Source: Candidatus Saccharimonadota bacterium (lineage in GTDB: Bacteria > Patescibacteriota > Gracilibacteria > UBA4473). Taken from it: a DNA stretch of 32,000 bases. This document shows, one piece after another, positions 28,165-32,000 of this stretch. The notes under the pieces were generated by a model. The model worked only from the letters and a program-made list of their open reading frames with translations. It was not told where the DNA came from and searched no databases. The position numbers and the translations under genes are program-made. Every line of letters begins with the position of its first letter. Positions within the stretch are counted from its first letter, which is position 1. The stretch lies in contig OZ245819.1 of assembly GCA_965228485.1 (NCBI GenBank), positions 990,001-1,022,000 on the forward strand, given 5' to 3'.

Positions 28165-31100
28165 ATGAAATATTTCTTAGCTCTCTTAGCCTGCTTTTGC
28201 CTTTGGGGGACGACTATGGCTCAGTCTCCAGAGATTGTAGATCTTAATGATCTGGATAATATTGAGGCTATTGAAATTAAGAGTACGACTCTTAGAGCCG
28301 TTAATATTTCATTTCTTGGGCCTCATGATCCTGGAAAAATTAAGGGGGTAGTTATTGCTCCTTCTCCGTTAAGAAGAGCCAAAGCTTTGGAATTAGAAGT
28401 TGTAGATCCAAATGGAGCTGTTTTAGTTTCTGATAGAATTAATTCTAAGGAGGGGTGGGGGAAAACTTTAAGACAGTATGAATTTGAACTTCCATTGCCA
28501 GAAAATGGAGTTGCTGTGGGAAGTGTGTTAAAGGCTTCTGTGTTTACGAGTAATAAGTTGCTCGCTTTTGGGGAAAAAGATCTTCCTCTTTTATCTAAAC
28601 CTCAATCGTATGTTGTCAAGGATTTGAATGTTGAAGACGAAGAAGCTGGGAGAGTTTTGGAGTTTGTCTTTTTGAATAACACTTTAAAGCCAGTCAAGGT
28701 TGTTCCTAAGCTGGCTATTAAACATATAAATGTTAATGAAGGAGAAGATTATAATATTTTTTTAGCTGGGGTGAATGTCGGACCGAAATCAGAAAAGGTC
28801 TTGTCTTATGATTTGGAAAGAGAATTTGATTCTGGATTGTATGAGATTTCTGTGGCGCCTTATTCTGAGGATAAACGAATTTTGGCAGGAGAATTGAAGA
28901 GTAATTTTGTGGTAGAAGGAGGGTTTGGGGTTATTTCAAAATTTGCCCTAGTGCCTACTCCTGAGGCAGAAGGAGCTAATTATGAATTGGTTGTACAAGG
29001 AGTTGCAGAAGAAGGTGTTCAAAACGTGGCGGTTAACTTATCTGCTTGGCAAGATATTGATGGAAAGAGAAAAGCTTTTCGAGAGGTTGTTGAGGTGAAT
29101 GTGGAGAATTCAGGTTTTTATGCGAGTATTCCCTTGTTGCTAAAGAGTGAAAATTCTGAGTTAGAAGGAACGGTTATGGTTTCGACTCAAGGAACATTGT
29201 TGGCTCAAAGGAGTTTTTCTTTTGAGGTTGAGCAAGATTCGAGTTTGGATCGTGATCCATCTCAACCGGTAGATGAAGAAGTCGTGGTTGATGAAACGAA
29301 TAAATTGATGTTGTTGGTGATACTGGGAATATTAATTACTTCTCTTCTAGTTTTATTTTATTTAGGGTGGAAATTGTATAAAAACAAGATTGCTCAAAAA
29401 ACTTTAGTTTTATTGATTGCGTTGAGTGCTTGGCAGTTTGCTTACGCGGAAGCATTGGAGAACTTTTGGTATCATCCTTTGCCTGGTTGGACCTATAATC
29501 CAACGGCCTCTGGTCAATTTAGCACTTTTAAGAGTATACATTTTCGTGGAAATATTTTTAACACCCTCACTCAGAAGGGTTTTTTTCAATCTGCCCCTAC
29601 GAGAATTATCGTGAAGTTTTATCAAGAGGGAGGGGATCGTCTTTATGTAGAATCTTTTGATTATACGATAGAACAGAAAAAGGTTTATAAATTTGATTTA
29701 ACTGCTCCAGAGACATTGGATGAGGGGGATTGGGAGATTCAGGTTTATTTTTTGATGGATGGAACCTGGTATGTAACAACCTGGATTGATGAGGGAACAG
29801 GAATGCCTAATACCATTACTTTTGATAAAACGGCGCCTTCGGTTGCGGAGGTTGAATTTGATGGTGTGGTGTATGCTCCTGCAGAGCGATTAGTTCGTCC
29901 AGGGATTGTGGCTTTAGAGTCTGCAAGAAGGACTTTTTTGCTAGACCGTTCTAAAAAACGAGCCGATCTTAAGCAGGGAGCATTATCGATTTCGGACAAG
30001 CGTGATATCAGACGTCAAAAACTTGATGTTAGAAACCATAAAATTCAAAAATTGAAGGATAAGGAAATTCTTTTGGCAAATCAGCCACCAGGCTCCGATA
30101 CAACGGCTATTGATAATCAAATTAGTACGCTTATTGGAGAGATTAATACTCTGACCAGTCAGATTAATGGTATTACGAATGAATTGGGGAGTGCGGTCCC
30201 TGCCAATAGCGTTTTTGCCACTAGCGATCTGCAAAATGATGTTAATTTAGATGGAGTTGCGAGTGATGTTCCACCAGCTATGCCTGCAGATTTTGCCTGT
30301 CCAATTAGTGTTGGGAGTACGGCCTTTAATGCAATGCACTTAGCAAATTGTGCCAGTGTATTGAATTCAGATATTGCGGGACTCTCTTCTCAAATTCACA
30401 CAAAAGATGGTCAAATTCGTACCGCTACAGGGCGATTTAAACGAAATTCTATAGGGGTGAATCTTGTTTGTGATGATGCTTCTTCAGGATGTTACGCAGC
30501 TTGTAATCCAGCGGATGAGATTTGTGATATTGATTGCGTTGAAAATCCTGCCGCTTGCACACTCTATCAAACAAATAGTCCTGTATCGTATGCGGATAAT
30601 TGTACGGGTGATCCTTTGACTTGTGAGGTTGACTGTGTGGATGATCCAGATGTCTGTCGTCGAGCAACTTTTGATTTTAGCGTTCAAGGGAATTTCTGTG
30701 ATGATTCTGAATATTGTGATACGAGTGCTCCAAAAGATTTTCAGGTTTGTGATAATGTCGGAAACTGTTCTATTTTGACCGATAGTGGAGTTGAAACCGA
30801 TTGGTATGATCCCGTAAGGCCAGAATTGACGGCCTCTTCTATTATTCGAAATAAAAGTAATATTGGAGGGACTGAAACCACTATTGATGGACAAGGAGCT
30901 GATGCGCTAGCTGCAGATGATCGATTAACTTTTGAGATTACTGCTGAAGATCCTAAAAATCCGACGGCGGCTGACTATCCAGCGTTGTTTGATGATAATG
31001 CTTGCGGTCATGGGGCTAATGATGATTTCTTTCATGGGACCCCTTCCGATGTTTTCTGTAGTCAGAGTAATGTGGCCTGCGCTTTGTCTTCGAATGTAAG

Positions 31101-32000
31101 AGGAAATATTAACCAGCGTATTGGAGGGGCTTGTAGTGGTACTTGCCCTGAAGGCTATTTACTGGATGTTAATAACTTCTGTGTTCCACAGTGTGACTAT
31201 CGTCTGTTTGATGGATGTTTTCCATTTTTATTAATCGGAGATACTTGTGAGACGTCTATTTGGTTGCCGTTGGAGTCTACCGTTCCAGTGGGACAAAGTT
31301 TTATTCAGACGAGTAACTGTGGAGAGACAAGAACAGCTATTGGGATCAAGCCTCTAACGGAATCTCTAAAACATTTCTTGGATGGGAAAGATGCTTTTGG
31401 TGTTTTCTTTTATGATACATTTGAAGACGATCCGTCCTTCTCGAAAATAATTTACAGTCCAGATTTTGATCTTGGAACGGCAGGGTATGGAGGTATGACC
31501 AGTTCTCCGACGGCTACGGCTACCTTTTCTCATGAATCGGGATTCTCTCCCGCAGGAGGAAATGTATTGAAAATTGAGTCTCAGAATTTACTGGGAGGAT
31601 ATGCTTCTTGGCAAATAGACGATATTAGTGTTGATCCAAACAAGGACTACATTCTTACTTACTGGGTAAAAACTAATGCTTCAGTTAACAAGGATTCTCA
31701 AGGGGCGTGGATTCGATTGACGGGGGATGGAGTGCTGCCAAGCATTTATAACCAGTATGTGAGTTCGATGGAGGGAGTCGATAGTGATATGACTTGGCAT
31801 CGGGTTGAGATTCCATTTACTACTTCATCCGGAACTAATAATATTGATATTCAACTTCGGCTGGAAGGGCAAAATAACCGAGTGGTTTATTATGATGATA
31901 TCAAAATATTTGAGGAAAACTGGCGTTATGATACTTCTCAGTCTTGGTACGCAGAACCGCTTGATGATGAAGGAGATGGAGTTTGTGATTATATGACGGG
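28165..32000 (+). CDS. Giant secreted/membrane protein, >1278 codons, 3' end beyond the window. Order: signal peptide, ~350-aa ectodomain, TM hairpin, beta-sandwich module, coiled coil, two Cys-rich regions, CBM4_9-like jelly-roll
   Basis: Absent from the ORF track because there is no in-window stop. Hand translation from ATG 28165 (frame 1) is open to 31998: MKYFLALLACFCLWGTTMAQSPEIV...ITFDKTAPSVAEVEF...CDIDCVENPAAC...CEVDCVDDPDVC...YILTYWVKTNASVNKDSQGAWIRLTGDG...NNIDIQLRLEGQNNRVVYYDDIKIFEE. Confidence 0.85.
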   Translation, partial: MKYFLALLACFCLWGTTMAQSPEIVDLNDLDNIEAIEIKSTTLRAVNISFLGPHDPGKIKGVVIAPSPLRRAKALELEVVDPNGAVLVSDRINSKEGWGKTLRQYEFELPLPENGVAVGSVLKASVFTSNKLLAFGEKDLPLLSKPQSYVVKDLNVEDEEAGRVLEFVFLNNTLKPVKVVPKLAIKHINVNEGEDYNIFLAGVNVGPKSEKVLSYDLEREFDSGLYEISVAPYSEDKRILAGELKSNFVVEGGFGVISKFALVPTPEAEGANYELVVQGVAEEGVQNVAVNLSAWQDIDGKRKAFREVVEVNVENSGFYASIPLLLKSENSELEGTVMVSTQGTLLAQRSFSFEVEQDSSLDRDPSQPVDEEVVVDETNKLMLLVILGILITSLLVLFYLGWKLYKNKIAQKTLVLLIALSAWQFAYAEALENFWYHPLPGWTYNPTASGQFSTFKSIHFRGNIFNTLTQKGFFQSAPTRIIVKFYQEGGDRLYVESFDYTIEQKKVYKFDLTAPETLDEGDWEIQVYFLMDGTWYVTTWIDEGTGMPNTITFDKTAPSVAEVEFDGVVYAPAERLVRPGIVALESARRTFLLDRSKKRADLKQGALSISDKRDIRRQKLDVRNHKIQKLKDKEILLANQPPGSDTTAIDNQISTLIGEINTLTSQINGITNELGSAVPANSVFATSDLQNDVNLDGVASDVPPAMPADFACPISVGSTAFNAMHLANCASVLNSDIAGLSSQIHTKDGQIRTATGRFKRNSIGVNLVCDDASSGCYAACNPADEICDIDCVENPAACTLYQTNSPVSYADNCTGDPLTCEVDCVDDPDVCRRATFDFSVQGNFCDDSEYCDTSAPKDFQVCDNVGNCSILTDSGVETDWYDPVRPELTASSIIRNKSNIGGTETTIDGQGADALAADDRLTFEITAEDPKNPTAADYPALFDDNACGHGANDDFFHGTPSDVFCSQSNVACALSSNVRGNINQRIGGACSGTCPEGYLLDVNNFCVPQCDYRLFDGCFPFLLIGDTCETSIWLPLESTVPVGQSFIQTSNCGETRTAIGIKPLTESLKHFLDGKDAFGVFFYDTFEDDPSFSKIIYSPDFDLGTAGYGGMTSSPTATATFSHESGFSPAGGNVLKIESQNLLGGYASWQIDDISVDPNKDYILTYWVKTNASVNKDSQGAWIRLTGDGVLPSIYNQYVSSMEGVDSDMTWHRVEIPFTTSSGTNNIDIQLRLEGQNNRVVYYDDIKIFEENWRYDTSQSWYAEPLDDEGDGVCDYMT

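Noticed and set aside
29410-31996. ORF-track entries 29410..29625 (-), 29426..29614 (+), 29745..29999 (-), 29983..30234 (-), 30449..30667 (-), 30484..30894 (-) and 31805..31996 (+).
   Set aside because: All overlap the single open frame-1 ORF running 28165..>32000, which has coherent domain content. These are off-frame or antisense shadows.
1-32000. CRISPR arrays, long tandem DNA repeats, IS elements, toxin-antitoxin pairs and known defence-system signatures.
   Set aside because: Reading both strands, I saw none of the following:
- repeat-spacer periodicity;
- terminal inverted repeats;
- transposase, integrase or reverse-transcriptase motifs;
- the nuclease/ATPase gene pairs typical of defence islands.

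The only repeats are protein-module repeats within genes.

Overview
AT-rich, almost fully coding bacterial chromosome segment read with the standard genetic code (TGA is a real stop in the comEC/GT4 ATGA overlap). There are no rRNA genes, CRISPR arrays, transposases, integrases or phage genes. Two large genes are missing from the supplied ORF track only because they run off the window edges: uvrA (1..1072, -) and a giant secreted protein (28165..>32000, +). I translated both by hand and both frames are fully open.

Gene content:
- Housekeeping genes: uvrA, nrdR, aroE, aroC, ftsK, a mutY-Nudix fusion, folB, a GNAT acetyltransferase and a FemAB-family transferase.
- A large envelope and surface complement:
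  - A minus-strand operon of a membrane-anchored 789-aa protein, a LysM/M23 peptidase, a short ComEC and a GT4 glycosyltransferase.
  - An RmlA-GT2 fusion.
  - A 1369-aa repeat-rich surface protein.
  - Two tandem paralogs, each built from three VirB2/TrbC-like pilin hairpin modules.
  - A FecR-domain membrane protein.
  - A >1278-aa Cys-rich protein with a CBM-like domain.
- Five tRNA genes, all encoding their 3' CCA: Arg-TCT, Ala-TGC, Thr-TGT, Lys-TTT and Lys-CTT.

This mix (short ComEC, pilin-like hairpin proteins, giant surface proteins, many acidic or anchored hypotheticals, no visible Shine-Dalgarno sites) suggests a reduced-genome, CPR/Patescibacteria-like, host-associated bacterium. 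That placement is inference only.

Most notable observations:
- The tandem tri-modular pilin-like genes.
- An in-frame 'C-terminal anchor + new signal peptide' junction inside the giant edge ORF.
- A MutY-like glycosylase that lacks the Fe-S cluster loop but carries a perfect Nudix box.
- The ComEC/M23 envelope operon.
- A recurring promoter geometry that places the -10 box 5-9 nt from start codons, implying leaderless mRNAs.

I found no single clear-cut novel system, and the candidates are ranked accordingly.
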